A stretch of 64,000 nt of DNA from Blepharisma stoltei ATCC 30299 (Eukaryota; Protista; Ciliophora), in contig CBFDEM010000029.1 of the NCBI GenBank assembly GCA_965603825.1, forward strand, positions 310,001 to 374,000. Direction: 5' to 3'. The stretch's first letter is position 1, and each line of letters starts with the position of its first letter. Below, one piece after another: positions 10,499 to 22,803 of the stretch. A program made the position numbers and the translations under genes. The notes under the pieces were generated by a model. That model was given only the letters and a program-made list of their open reading frames with translations, searched no databases and was not told the origin of the DNA.

Positions 10499-13400
10499 TT
10501 ATACCATCCTTGGAGCATTCAAAGTATTTGGATTGGATAAAATATTAGCTACGACTTCTTCATCTTCAGGCTCCGGGTAAACTTTAGCATCTTCTTGCTG
10601 CTTCTTTTTATGTGGAAACAGCTCAGATTTAGCAATTATACTCGAAGCTTTCCCAAAAGTAAATGCAAATTTAAACAGTAATTTTGTATCTTTTGATGGC
10701 TTTTTGGTCAGCATGCAAGGAAATTTCTTTTGTAAGATATATCCAAAGACAATCAAGCAGGTTCATCCAGAAAACAATAGCGGTGTTCAAATAAAATAAG
10801 AAATATTGTCCAAAAGTAAATTAAGGGTCGATAAGCCTGAAATCCACAAAACTCCAAACAAGCTTATTCCAAGCCATAAGCTGAATCTATGATAATTATA
10901 AGGCTTATGGAAATAAATAAAAGTTATATATATTGCAATGATTGCTATAAATAAAAGCCCATGAATACTTGAGCTCGCTCTTTTAAGTGTTTTGTTAAAA
11001 ACAATAAGTCATATTTCAAAAACAGTTTTTACCATTAAATGCAATGGCGAAGTTTTTACATGAAGCATTGGCTGAAGCTCTTGCCAGAGTGGTCTACAAA
11101 ATACAGCTAAAGGATGATAAATCAATATAGCAACTCCTGATAAAACCGCAAATGCAATATGCATCCCATCTCAGCAAAATTGTGTACAGTCTTTTCATAG
11201 AAAACTATCAGTGAAATTTTCACCTATGGATTCGTCACATACAAAGACGTCTAATAAAATAGAAATTATGGGGATAAATAATAAATTTCCGAGGATTGGC
11301 ATCATACTTTCAGAAAATTGGACAAGTAGCTTAAAGAGAGATGATTTAGGAAAGACTGCGTCAAGCTGAAATAGCACAACACCACAGAGGATGAGTCATA
11401 AAAGGGTTAAGCCATAGGTGCAACTAATTAAAATCCAAAAAACATTCCCTTTCATATGATAAATGCTATCCAAATTCAAAGAAAACCCATCTCCAACATG
11501 CCCCACTAGAGAGCTTATTGCTTTTACATCAGGCCCCATCGATATAATCTGAAAAAACTCTATCAAAATTGTAATCCCAACAATAAAATCCTCATAAGAA
11601 ATTTCCTTTTTCATAGTCAGCATCTCAATCTTTATATGCCATCATTTTTTTCATATAATGAAAGTCAAAATCGCTGTTATAAACGCAATAAAAAAACAAA
11701 GGCAAAATACTAAAATTCTCCCTTTGACAAAAGTTCTGACCTTAGAGCTTGGGAATGGACAATCCACTATAACTACCCTTTCATCAGATGGCTTCTCAGT
11801 TGTATTGCCAGCATATAACAGTGGTCTAACAGTAGCTATCATATTAGCGCTCCAAGGCGAATAAATAATTGAATCATAAATCGTGATATTCCCTGTATCA
11901 GGATCAATCATTGAGCTTTGGAACACCATTGAATGGGTAAGTCTATCATTAGTCCCTTCATTAATTTTTACAGACCCTGAACATCCTATAAAAGACACAA
12001 ATCTTATAATTTTCATAAGAGCGCCTGGATCTTTATAGTTTAGGCCATTATTTACCATCCAGTCTAAAGCTTGAGCTATTAGAGTCACTGCATCATAAAA
12101 ATTGCAGGCTAAATAATTGCTGAGCCGAGGTTTTCCGCCATATAAGCTTATGATTTTGGCTTCTACTCAGTCTCCGACCGTGCCTATATACTCTTCTTGA
12201 TGCATTCTGACTGCAGGAACTCCAAGCTCAATCCTTTCTGCTAAATTTCCATATGTATATGTAGCTGAATACAGACTTGTCATAACATCGTCCATGGCGA
12301 AATAAAAAAGAAGGTCGCCTTTGCGCATTCCCATAGAATAGAACATAGTGATTACTTCAATGCTTAAATGGGCTTCTAATACCAAAATTACTAGTCTGGC
12401 ATTTGAAGTAATAACTTCGTCTAGGACGTATTGATAAGATGCCAGGCTATCGTAGCCTGCAGGCAATGACCTTAAGTGCTTATCGTTCATAATTTTTAGA
12501 TTCTGGAGCTTCGCTCCTTCTACAAAGCTATTGTACCAATTATTACCAAATGTATCGTTTTGATACAAAACTGCACATTTATCTCACCCTAATACCTTTA
12601 AAACTCCAGCTGCTCTAACTGCAAGATCATGATTAGATATACAAACTCTTGCAAATTTTGGAAAATCTGTAATTGATGATAACGTGTCATCTGAAGCTGC
12701 AGCAGAAATTACAGGAATCATAACGTTTAAGTCAGCCAAGGTGTGCTTTATTAGTTGTATGGTTGTGTCAGACACGTAAGGAGGGATGAATGACACTCCT
12801 AAATCATTCAATCGTGACCCATAGCAAGATAAAGAATATTCTTCATCAAATTCATCGACTCCACAGTCAAATGGGTTTACTTGAAGATAATAATTTTTAA
12901 GAATTTCGTGACTTGCGTTAATTTCGTCGACTGCGATAAACGTCCCGCGATTGTACTCACCGTTGTCTCTTGCAGGATGCTCATCTATATTATAAGTTCC
13001 ACTATTAACACTAAATTCGATGACTTTTTTCTTATTTATAGGAGGTGCTAATACCCCTCCAGGGTATGTTATGCTTGATACCGAATAATAATATTCATTT
13101 TTTACATAGCCGACTTGGTTTTTTGAGTTTGCTATATTTATAAGTTTTAATGTGTCGGTGCAATAATTTTCATAGCAAATATTTTGCAGATATTCTTTTG
13201 ATTCAACATTATCATCAAATGTGTCAAGTTGTTCGATTGTTCGGTTTAAAAAGCTGACAATTGAATCAAGAATAGTGCAGTTTATACCACTACTAAGTTG
13301 AGTTTCGTATAATATCAGAGAGCCTTCGTAATTTACTTGCTTTCCTGAAGATTCATCCAGAAAAACCATGCTATCATTTCCTAAAAGATTTTTCGAATTT

Positions 13401-14002
13401 AATAGTTCGACAATCTGGCTACCTATATCTTCACCGGTGAAAATATAATAATATTTAGATCCTAAAGGAAATACAACCCTATTTATTAAATTTTCCATAT
13501 TTGTATTGTCCTCTATTATTAAATACGTTGTTTTGTCCAGTTCAACTTCTTCCATAAACACCCTATTATCAAAACTTACAAAAACAGTTCCATTCTTTCA
13601 ATTGTAATATTTTGATATAGAGTTTATGGATTTTCCATATGATTTTCTGGCAATTTTTAAGCCAAAAGTCCAATCATAATAGTAAGCTGATAAATCTTCA
13701 GTGATAAAATGCAAAATTTGGTTTTCTCAAGCAAATTTTGAGATTTCATAATGAGAAGCTGAATTTGTTGTCAGGTCGAAAAGCATGATGTCATGGCCTA
13801 ATAGTAGCAACTCTTGGAAAAGTGGCTGAATTTCGTTTCCGCGTAGAAAAAATATTCTTGACTTATAATGCTCGTAGAAGATATTTCCATATAATTTTGA
13901 TTCTGAGGATTCATTTGACTCATATATAAAAATAAAGTCGTGAGCTTGGCATAGTAAGAAATTTAAACTCACAAAAATGAGCATTAGCGCTTTGATTTTC
14001 AT
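10499..14002 (-). CDS. Multipass membrane receptor-like protein with ANF-receptor/Venus-flytrap extracellular domain, 1167 aa
   Basis: Seven track ORFs are in one frame joined by TGA=W. Signal peptide; AVDEIN..IL, PVISAAASDDTLS..FPKFARV, G(W)DKCAVLYQNDTFG, FYDAV and FIGCSGSV are type-1 periplasmic-binding-fold motifs; followed by ~8 hydrophobic helices. Confidence 0.8.
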
Positions 14003-14581
14003 TATTTATATAGTAAAATGAAACAATATCTATTTTGGATAAAGAATATTTTAAGAGATGTTGATTTAGATAAAGCCAGCTTAGATTTTTTATTTATTTA
14101 AGAATTTAAGGTTATTCCATTTTTTGGCCAGTTAATAAATGCTAGATTATGGAGTAATCGAAATAGGATGAAATTTTGTGAAGAATTTTATAATAGAATA
14201 TCTAAAATTCCTTTATCAGGAAATGGGAAATTTTCAGTAGATATACTTATAGATAGCTATTTGGGATTTTATAAGAAAAGTTGGAATTATCAAAATGAGT
14301 TTCAAATTCTGAAAATCGTAATTTAATCTAAAATCTATGGCTAGAATAATAGCATTAGCTTAAGTTGATATAGCTTTTTATTAAAATCCATCTATAGATA
14401 GCTAATGCTGTTTGACACAAGAAATCGAACTAGCAACATTCACACATGCTGCTTTATTTTAAGTCAACTAATTTATTTTATTATATACTCATACTTAGGA
14501 TAAAAAAATTTAAGATATTTTTTATACTATAAGCCCTTAATAAAATAAGCTGATAAGAAATTAATAGCTTTCTAAAAATAT

Positions 14582-15430
14582 TTACACTAATCAGTCATCT
14601 AAATTGTCATCCAATTTTTTACTAGTCAAATCAAACCTATAATATGAACATGATCCTCCAAATTCCACAAAATAAAAAAAATCTCCAAAAGCCATTTGAA
14701 AACTTATTAAATCAAAGAATTCTCTATCCCATTCTCATTTATTTACAGTTTTCCACACAAATGGATTTTTATAATCGCTTTCATAAATATTTCCACCAGG
14801 ATTAATTAAATACGCATACCCATTATGCTTACACAAAATTTTGGTTCTATCTACACCAGATAAAAACATTGAGTAAGAGTTTCCAAATATATCATAAACA
14901 AATACGTAAGATGACAAACTGAAGCCTCCTATTAATATAAACCTCATAAATTCAATACAGGAACAAAATGCAGAGCTCACTGGGAGATTTGATATTATTT
15001 TTCATTTATTTTTGTTTAAATCATATCTTGAAGCGATATTTTTAATTTTTCCATTATCATTATGTCCGCCAAACACATATGCAATTCCATCATAAAAAAT
15101 GCCTCCAGACCCATAGCATGGAGTTCCTTTTGTTAAGATTTCTATGCTAAAATCTGGATTAATAATAAAAGTATTGCCACTCAATATAGGAATCAGATGG
15201 TTATGGGCTTCTTTCCATCGTAAACTTCCATAACAAAAAACTTTGCTATTTGGAAGTGGGACCATGCAAATCGTTTCATTAAGATCCAATGGGAGATTTA
15301 TGATTTTTTTACATGAAAAATCAATAAGTGAAAACTTTGTCATATCATTTGGCTCATCTGGCAAGTATAAAAAATCTAATTTACTGATATCTCCATTATC
15401 ATATAATTTTTTGGCCAACTTGGTTTTCAT
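14582..15430 (-). CDS. Kelch-like beta-propeller protein, 282 aa
   Basis: Open with TGA=W; AYVFGG..YDLNKNK(W); TAA at 14582-14584. Confidence 0.85.
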
Positions 15431-15639
15431 TGTAAATTATTTTATAAGATAAATTTATTATGAAAAATTTTATACTGATATTTATAAAAGTAATTATAAT
15501 TTTATATTAAGCTATTATCTCTTGGCTTTAATAATTTATTACTAGTCCATTATCTATAAAGCCTATCGAATCTATAATAGCTGAAACACCCAAATTTATA
15601 TTCAATAAAAAATAGAATCCAAAATTTGGCTAATTTATA

Positions 15640-16010
15640 AATATTTTTAATTCCACATTTTTGCAGGAAACTCTCCAAAAACATAGACAATTCCGTCATA
15701 AAATGCACCTCCAGATCCAAAGCTTAGAATCCCTCATTGAAGATCTAAGTTAATAAAAGTTACTCCAGGTATGATTTTACTGGAATTTGAGTAGCTTTCT
15801 ATTCAATTATTTCCGTAACAAAATACTTTATTGTCTGGAAGTGGACACATACAAATATTTTTATCAATTTCAACTGGAAAATTTATCTTGAAGTCTTTCT
15901 CTGAAAAAATTAATGGTGAAAATAAAGCCATCTCATATATGCCATAATGTCTAAAGTGTATAATTGCATGGATCGTAATCATAATGTTCCTGATTAAGTT
16001 TGGTTTCCTT
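15640..16010 (-). pseudogene. 5' half of a Kelch-like gene, start codon lost (AAG), indels
   Basis: Remnant ETKLNQEHYD..ICMCPLPDNKVFCYGN..GGAFYDGIVYVFG homologous to neighbours. Confidence 0.7.
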
Positions 16011-16124
16011 ATTAGAAAATTCGATTATAAATATAAATCATAATAAGCATAGTAAAATTTAATAAGTGGAATAGGAGTTAGAGATATTTTAAACTAGAAG
16101 AATTAATTTATATTAGATATGGAT

Positions 16125-16993
16125 TTATAAATAATGAGTCCTTGATCATTTATTTACAGTGTCAAAATCCAAACATTTACGAATCAAATCAAATCTATAA
16201 TAGTTGCAAAATCCATATTCATATTCAACAAAGTAAAAATAATTTTCAAAGACCATTTGAAAGCCGATCAAATCACAAAAATCTCTATATCACTCACATT
16301 TGTTTATAGATTTTCATACAAAAGGGTTATTGCTTTCGCTTTCGTAAAGAAATCCACGTGGATTAATAATATAAGCATGCCCGTTGTTTTTACACAAAAT
16401 CTTCGTTTCTTCAATTCCGATAAAAATTCTGAATAAGAATTAGTAGCTATATCGTAAGCGAATATTTTATTTGACGTACTCGTACCTCCTACTAAGATAA
16501 GTCCCATATATTCTACGCAAGAACAAAACAATGAAGGAACTGGGAGACTTGAAATTATTTTTCAATTTTTGTCCTGTAAATTATATTTCAAGGCTATTTT
16601 ATCAATTCTTCTTTTTTCATTATATCCTCCAAAAATATAGACATTTCCGTCATAAAAAACTCCTCCAGATCCATAACATTTAATACCTTCCTCTAAAATT
16701 TCTGTGCTTAAATCTGGGTTTATAATAAAAGTTAGCCCAGTTACTACGGGAGCGAGATATTCTTTATAACCCCATGACAAGTTTCCATAGCAAAACATCT
16801 TATTATCTGGAAGAGGGCAAATGAAAATATTTTCGTCAATAAATTCTGGGAGATTTAAAATAGATTTTTCCTGTGAAAAATCTTTAAGTGAAAATACTGT
16901 CAACTGATTTCTTATGGGACTTGTAAACGAGCATAAAAAATCAAGCTTGCAAGAGTCATTGTTGTACAATTTTTGAGGCAAAGTGGTTTTCAT
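16125..16993 (-). pseudogene. Kelch-like gene with a single 1-bp frameshift near 16415
   Basis: Close paralogue of 17667..18539; tcggaattgaag vs tcagaaattgaag; length 869 is not a multiple of 3. Could be an assembly error. Confidence 0.7.
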
Positions 16994-17139
16994 TTTATTT
17001 AATTTTTCGGAGAATTTAATTGTTTATAATTTTTAGTAGATTTATATTTTATGAAAATAAAGCTTACATCTGGTTTTATTTGATTAAAAACAAAACCTCA
17101 ATAAAATATTTATTAGAGCATTAAAATAAATTTTAAAAT

Positions 17140-17552
17140 GTTATGATAAATCATCAAGTCTTTTCTGAATTAAATTAAATCTATAATATAAGCATCTTCA
17201 TACCTCATATTAAACATAAAAAATGCTCAAAACCCATTGGATATCCTATAAAACAGTAGAGATTATTTTTCCACTCACATTTCTTAATAGTCTTCCAAGT
17301 AAATGGGCTATTATTTTCACTTTCATAAATAATTCCATCAGGATTGATTAGTTTTTTATTCAATTGTTTCTATAACAAAATATTTTAATGTTTAGAAGTG
17401 GACATATGCCATATTTTATCAATTTCATATAGGAGATATTTTTGAAATTTTTCTCGTGAAAATAAGTCATCCCACGATATTCCATAATGTCTAAATGTAT
17501 AATTGCATGAATTTGCATCATCATAATGTTCCTGATTAAGTTTGATTTCTTT
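17140..17552 (-). pseudogene. Kelch-like pseudogene with a large internal deletion
   Basis: 5' part matches 15790-16010 and is joined at 17349-17350 directly to the INPDGIIYESENNSPFTW region. Confidence 0.7.
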
Positions 17553-17666
17553 ATTAGAAAATTCGATTATAAATATAAATCATAATAAACATAGTAAAAT
17601 TTAATAAGTGGAATAGGAGTTAGAGATATTTTAAACTAAAAGAATTAATTTATGTTAGATATGGAT

Positions 17667-18539
17667 TTATAAATAATGAGTCCTTAACCAATTATTTACA
17701 GTGTCAAAATCCATACATTTACGGACCAAATCAAATCTATAGTAGTTGCACAATCCATATTCATATTCAATAAAATAAAAATAATTTTCAAAGACCATTT
17801 GAAAGCCGATCAAATCACAAAAATCTCTACTTCACTCACATTTGTTTATAGATTTTCATACAAAAGGGTTATTGTTTTCGCTCTCGTAAATAAATCCACC
17901 TGGATTAATAATATAAGCATGCCCATTGCTTTTGCACAAAATCTTCGTTTCTTCAATTTCTGATAAAAATTCTGAATAAGAATTAGTAGCTATATCGTAA
18001 GCGAATATTTTATTTGACCTGCTCGCACCTCCTACTAAGATAAGTCCCATATATTCTACACAAGAACAAAACGATGAAGGAACTGGGAGACTTGAAATTA
18101 TTTTTCAATTTTTGTCCTGAAAATTATATTTAGAAGCTATTTTCTCAATCACCCCAATATCATTATATCCTCCATAAACATAGACATTACCGTCATAAAA
18201 AACTCCTCCAGATCCATAACATTTAATACCTTCCTCTAAAATTTCTATGCTTAAATCTGGGTTTATAATAAAAGTTAGCCCAGTTACTGAAGGAATACGA
18301 GATTCGGTATTATTTCATGACAAGTTTCCATAGCAAAATACCTTATTATCTGGAAGCGGGCAAATGCATATATTTTCGTCAATAAATTCCGGAAGATTTA
18401 AAATAGATTTTTCCTGTGAAAAATTTTTAAGTGAAAATACAGTCAGCTGGTTTCTTGTAGAGTTATTTAGCGAGGATAAAAAGTCTAGCTTGCTGGAGTC
18501 TCCATTGTTGTACGATTTTTGAGGCAAATTAGTTTTCAT
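17667..18539 (-). CDS. Kelch-like beta-propeller protein, 290 aa
   Basis: Open with TGA=W; TGA/TGG interchange with the 16125..16993 paralogue at two aligned Trp positions. Confidence 0.85.
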
Positions 18540-18767
18540 TTTATTTATTTTATCAATTATAAACTCAATCTTATTTTTCGGATGATTTAATTGTAACTAT
18601 CAAAAAAGCATTACTTCTCAAAATTGTAAAAACGGCTATTTTCGGTAATTTCTACTTTATTCTCTCTGAAAATTGTATATTAATATAAATCCCATATATT
18701 CGATGCATGAAAATGGATTACCGTTTATAATTTTGAATGTTTTTTATTCAAACTTTTTTCATTTATA

Positions 18768-19112
18768 CTACCAAAGACATAGATTTCCCATCATAAAATA
18801 TGTATAGATGGTATTCTTTAAATCATCAATACCTAAATATATCTCTTTATCTTTTAAAATCATATACATAGCCGCAGTAATAGCTTTTAAATCATTACTA
18901 AGTTCTTCTTCAGATGTGTCATAGATGTCTACAGTATTAACAAATATACCGCCTAATATGCACGGCTTTAAATCAACTCTGTCGTTGATATAACGTTCAA
19001 TCGATGCTTTTAAATGATAATAATTATAGCTTTCTTGATCCAAAGCATTTAAATAAGCCTTACACTTATCATAGAAGCTATTATCTGAGGTGATTGCTTG
19101 TCCTTCTTCCAT
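18768..19112 (-). CDS. Hypothetical protein, 114 aa (frame stays open upstream to ATG-TAG at 19232)
   Basis: Track ORF with protein-like composition; no family recognised. Confidence 0.5.
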   Translation of the reverse strand: MEEGQAITSDNSFYDKCKAYLNALDQESYNYYHLKASIERYINDRVDLKPCILGGIFVNTVDIYDTSEEELSNDLKAITAAMYMILKDKEIYLGIDDLKNTIYTYFMMGNLCLW

Positions 19113-19365
19113 TTCAATATTACGCTCTTTGCCTAAGTATACGCCTTCTGCGTATTGATGGCACCGCCTAAAAATTAAAGGGTTATTGTGCTGATGCTTA
19201 ACATCAAAAATATTTTTGCCCTGTTCCTACATTTATTAAATAATGGATTTTTCTCAAATAAATTCCAGTGACAGCGCCAATCAACTGACTTCACAAATTG
19301 AGTATAAGCATGATAGTATTAAGGCGACCATAACTATTCTTATTATGTTTATACTTATACTCTCT

Positions 19366-20172
19366 TTAATATGTAAGTGGTAAATTAATTCTTATTATCT
19401 TCTTTTCTTCTAAATCAAATTTTATAATTTCTGTATCTCCAGTCAAAAAATATCATGTTCTATTATAAAGAGCCTTATGTCTCATAAATCCTCCTTCCTC
19501 CGAGCGTAAAAAATTTCCTATAAAATTCCAATTAAAAGGGTCATTTTTACCACTTTCACGAATTTTTCCAGGATATTCAATTAAGTAAGCTGAATCTTCA
19601 AAATTGCAAAGAAATTTTGTTTGATAAAAAATCAAAGAAACAGGGCATAAAGAAAAGGACAAAGTCAATGAATCTAAAGCAAATATTTTGTCCCAATCGT
19701 ATCCTGTAGCCAAAATTATATTATTCAAAAAGGTAGAAGAGCACCAACGAGTGCTGCTTGGAAATTTTATCAATTTTTCCCATCTTCACTTATCTAGATT
19801 AAATCTCTCTGCAAATTCACCTCCAAAAGTATAAACGCAATCTTTGTAATACGTCCCAAATAATCCCAGGCTTGGTGTCCCTGCAGGGAGAACTTGAACT
19901 TCATAATTTTCATTAACAATAAAAGTAATTCCACTCAAATCATCCCATCCTATCGTGTTTATATAAAAAAATAGCTTATTACCTGGCAATTGACAAATAG
20001 AAATTCTTTCGTCAATATTAGTTTCAGGAAGAATAAGTCTGTGATGGGCTTTCTCGAAATTTAAAAGGTCAATTTCTACTAGATCAGAGGTCTCATCATC
20101 AAATCAGCTTATTTTGAACGTTTCGATTTCGCTTTCTTGATTCTAAATATAAAAATCTGGAATGTAAATCAT
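19366..20172 (-). CDS. Kelch-like protein; requires removal of an in-frame TAG (candidate 15-nt intron 20143..20157), otherwise a pseudogene
   Basis: ATG 20172, TAG at codon 10, then open (TGA=W) through VYTFGG..FNLDK(W)RWEKL to TAA 19366-19368. Confidence 0.65.
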
Positions 20173-20226
20173 TATATATAAAAATTTGCTAAGTATATTA
20201 AATTATTTTTGAAAATTTTTTTGTTA

Positions 20227-21108
20227 TTATCTGCCAATCAACTTATTTAAATCACAATCACTCATTTCTTTATTCACTAAATCAAACATATAGCAATCTG
20301 AAAATGGAAAATGATTATCAACAAAATAAAAATAATTCCCAAAGACTGTCTGAAAAGCTATGAACTCATAATCAATTTTTCCTTTGTATTTATTTACGAT
20401 TTTCCAAACAAATGGATTGCAATATTCGCTTTCATAAATATTTCCACCTGGATTTATTAAATAAGCATAGCCGTCATTCTTGCATAAAAATTTGGTTTTC
20501 TGCAAATTTGATAAAAACTCTGAATAAGAATCCTCAGCTATATCATAAGCAAATACACTTTTAGAATGACTAAAACCCCCTATTAAGATTAATCCCATGT
20601 ATTCGATACAAGAACACCCTGATGAAGAAATTGGGAGATTAGAAATATTTCTTCATCTATTTCTTTCCAAATTATATTCTGAGGCTATACTAGTAGGCTC
20701 ATTAGTTTCAGCTTGAATATGACCACCAAAAAGGAATACTTTGCCATCACAATAGACTCCTCCTGGTTTATAGCACGGAATCCCTTCATTTAAAATCTCA
20801 GTTTCTAAGTCTGAATTGACAATAAAAGCAATTCCAGATATTTTTGGAGAAGGATTCGTATTATATATTCCGCCTTGCCTTTCTCACCACAAATTTCCAT
20901 AGCAAAATAATCTTCTATTTGGAAGGGTGCATATAAAAGTAGTCCCATCAACTGGTTTTGGAAGCTTTACCCGAGAATGTCTCATTGATAAATCAATAAG
21001 TGAAATCTTCGTCAAGTTGTTCTGTGCATAGTTGGAGAATGAGTACAAGGCTTGAGACTTAATGGAGTCTCCATTATCATAGCATTTTTCGACTAGCATT
21101 GATTTCAT
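20227..21108 (-). CDS. Kelch-like beta-propeller protein, 293 aa
   Basis: Open with TGA=W; VFLFGG..YNLERNR(W). Confidence 0.85.
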
Positions 21109-21158
21109 ATTAAATTTATATGAAAATTTGACTCATTTTTAAAGAAAATTATTAGCTA

Positions 21159-21736
21159 TTATTTTAGCCTTGAGAGTTTAATCCCATTACTATCAGCCTC
21201 TATGTCTATCTGCCCATTTCTGATTTTGGTCAAAATTTCAGCTGAAACAAAATTAATCAAATTTTCAATATTCAACCCAGTTTTAGCTGAAGTTTCGAAA
21301 TAAATCATTTGGTGATCATTTGCAAATTTTTGGCCTTCTTCAAATAAAACTTTTCTTTCCTCTTCTATATCAACTTTATTTCCAATCAAGACTGCTACAG
21401 CATCTTTAGGGCCATAAGTCGATATTTCATAAACCCAATAGTCCAGATGTTCAAAGCTCTCTCTTCTTGTGACGTCATAAATTATGAATGCTGCTGCTGT
21501 ACCTCTGAAGCAGGCTCTAGTAATCTGAATGAGTCTTTCATCGCTATAAGTATCCCACAATATAAAATTTATCTGTTCTTCATTAATATTGATAATTTTC
21601 GTTCCAAGCTCAATGCCCCTTGTCTTTTGGTGCTCTTCTCTGAATTTATTCTCTCAACGCATCTCTGATGTAAATTTGACTTTCCAACGCAAGAATCCCC
21701 GATTAAGATCCCTTTGAATGCATAAGTATATGACAT
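21159..21736 (-). pseudogene. Rab2/Rab14-like GTPase with a 2-bp frameshift near 21652 and degenerate motifs
   Basis: GDSCVGKS, GNKVD and ETSAK present; WDTYSDE replaces WDTAGQE; extra AG in GAGAGAAT; no C-terminal Cys. Confidence 0.75.
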
Positions 21737-21911
21737 GATTAAAGAATTATAAATTTTATCAATTGTGAAAATTTTATTTATAGAATTAAAATAAATAAAA
21801 TTTTATTTTCTATCTGGAACGAACGATGACTTGTTGTCCTATCATAGCTCTATTATTAATTTTGAATGCTTTTGTCTTTATTACCATCTATTAGGCAGTT
21901 TATTTAAAGCA

Positions 21912-22062
21912 CAATCGCTAATTTCTTTATTTCTATTACAATCTGAAAATCCAAAATGATTATCAATAAAATTAAAAATCCCCCTATAAAATCATAATCT
22001 TTTTTCCCTTATTTATAATTTTCCAAACAAATGGATTATTATACCCGCTCTCATAAATATTT
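21912..22062 (-). pseudogene. Decayed 3' fragment of a Kelch-like gene (like 20227..20450) with several small deletions
   Basis: caatctgaaaat..aaaatgattatcaa..ttccaaacaaatggatt..tcataaatattt aligns to 20256-20445. Confidence 0.65.
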
Positions 22063-22803
22063 CGCTTCAGTCGGCAAGTGAAGTTCAAGTATAATCTTTA
22101 TCCTGAATATTTTTGATCAATTACTCCTTCATCAATATAGGGCTTTATCGTTATGCACAATAGGTCGAAGCATGAGATACACTTTTCTTTAGAATTTCTT
22201 TAGCGGTAACTTTATTTCTCTTTGTCATTGGCTGAATGTTGGATCTCTGATGGTAAATTTGGCGTGGGTGACTTTTAAGACATTAATAAAATTTTTATAT
22301 TTTGCGTGATAACTGTTTACTATCAAAGCACATAAATTTTTTTTATCTTTTTTCTATTTGCCTTTTATTAAAAATTTTTGTACCTTAGAAAATTAGTTTT
22401 TTCATAACAATTTTTGAAGTTTTTTCATACTTTTTTAATTTTTTTAAATGCTTTGTCTTCATTTTATACATATCTTTTGTGTCTGATTTTAATTTACTAA
22501 ATAGCTATTTGTCCATTCATTTGGAGATGCCGTATTTATATTTATTTAATAAATAACGAGAGTATTGTATTTTCTCTGCTTAATATCATATTTTTTCCCC
22601 ATTTTGGTATAAGTTTTCCAACCCTATTTTGCAGTTTTTTCTATTTCACCATGAATTTTTTGATACTAAAAGACTTTTTGAAAATTTCAGTCACTTTTGA
22701 CTGAAAAATGTAGTCTCACCATAAAGTTTGCAAGAAAAAATTTTTAGATTTTTATTGTTGCTTATAAGAAACATATTTTTAGCGAAAAGTTTATTAATAC
22801 GAT

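Larger units (their letters stand above)
15790..18545 (-). repeat. Tandem duplication, ~1.55-kb unit (pseudogene fragment + Kelch gene)
   Basis: 15790-17000 aligns with 17350-18545, including intergenic ttagaaaattcgattataaatataaatcataataa..ggagttagagatattttaaac. Confidence 0.85.

Noticed and set aside
22070-22530. K-rich minus-strand frame with many TAA/TAG, suggesting TAR=Gln coding or a foreign ciliate gene
   Set aside because: Several frames look equally plausible, no family is recognisable, and stops are expected at this AT content; at most a decayed pseudogene.
22685-22706. 9-bp hairpin tttcagtca-cttt-tgactgaaa as a terminator
   Set aside because: Eukaryotic context, single occurrence, compatible with chance.
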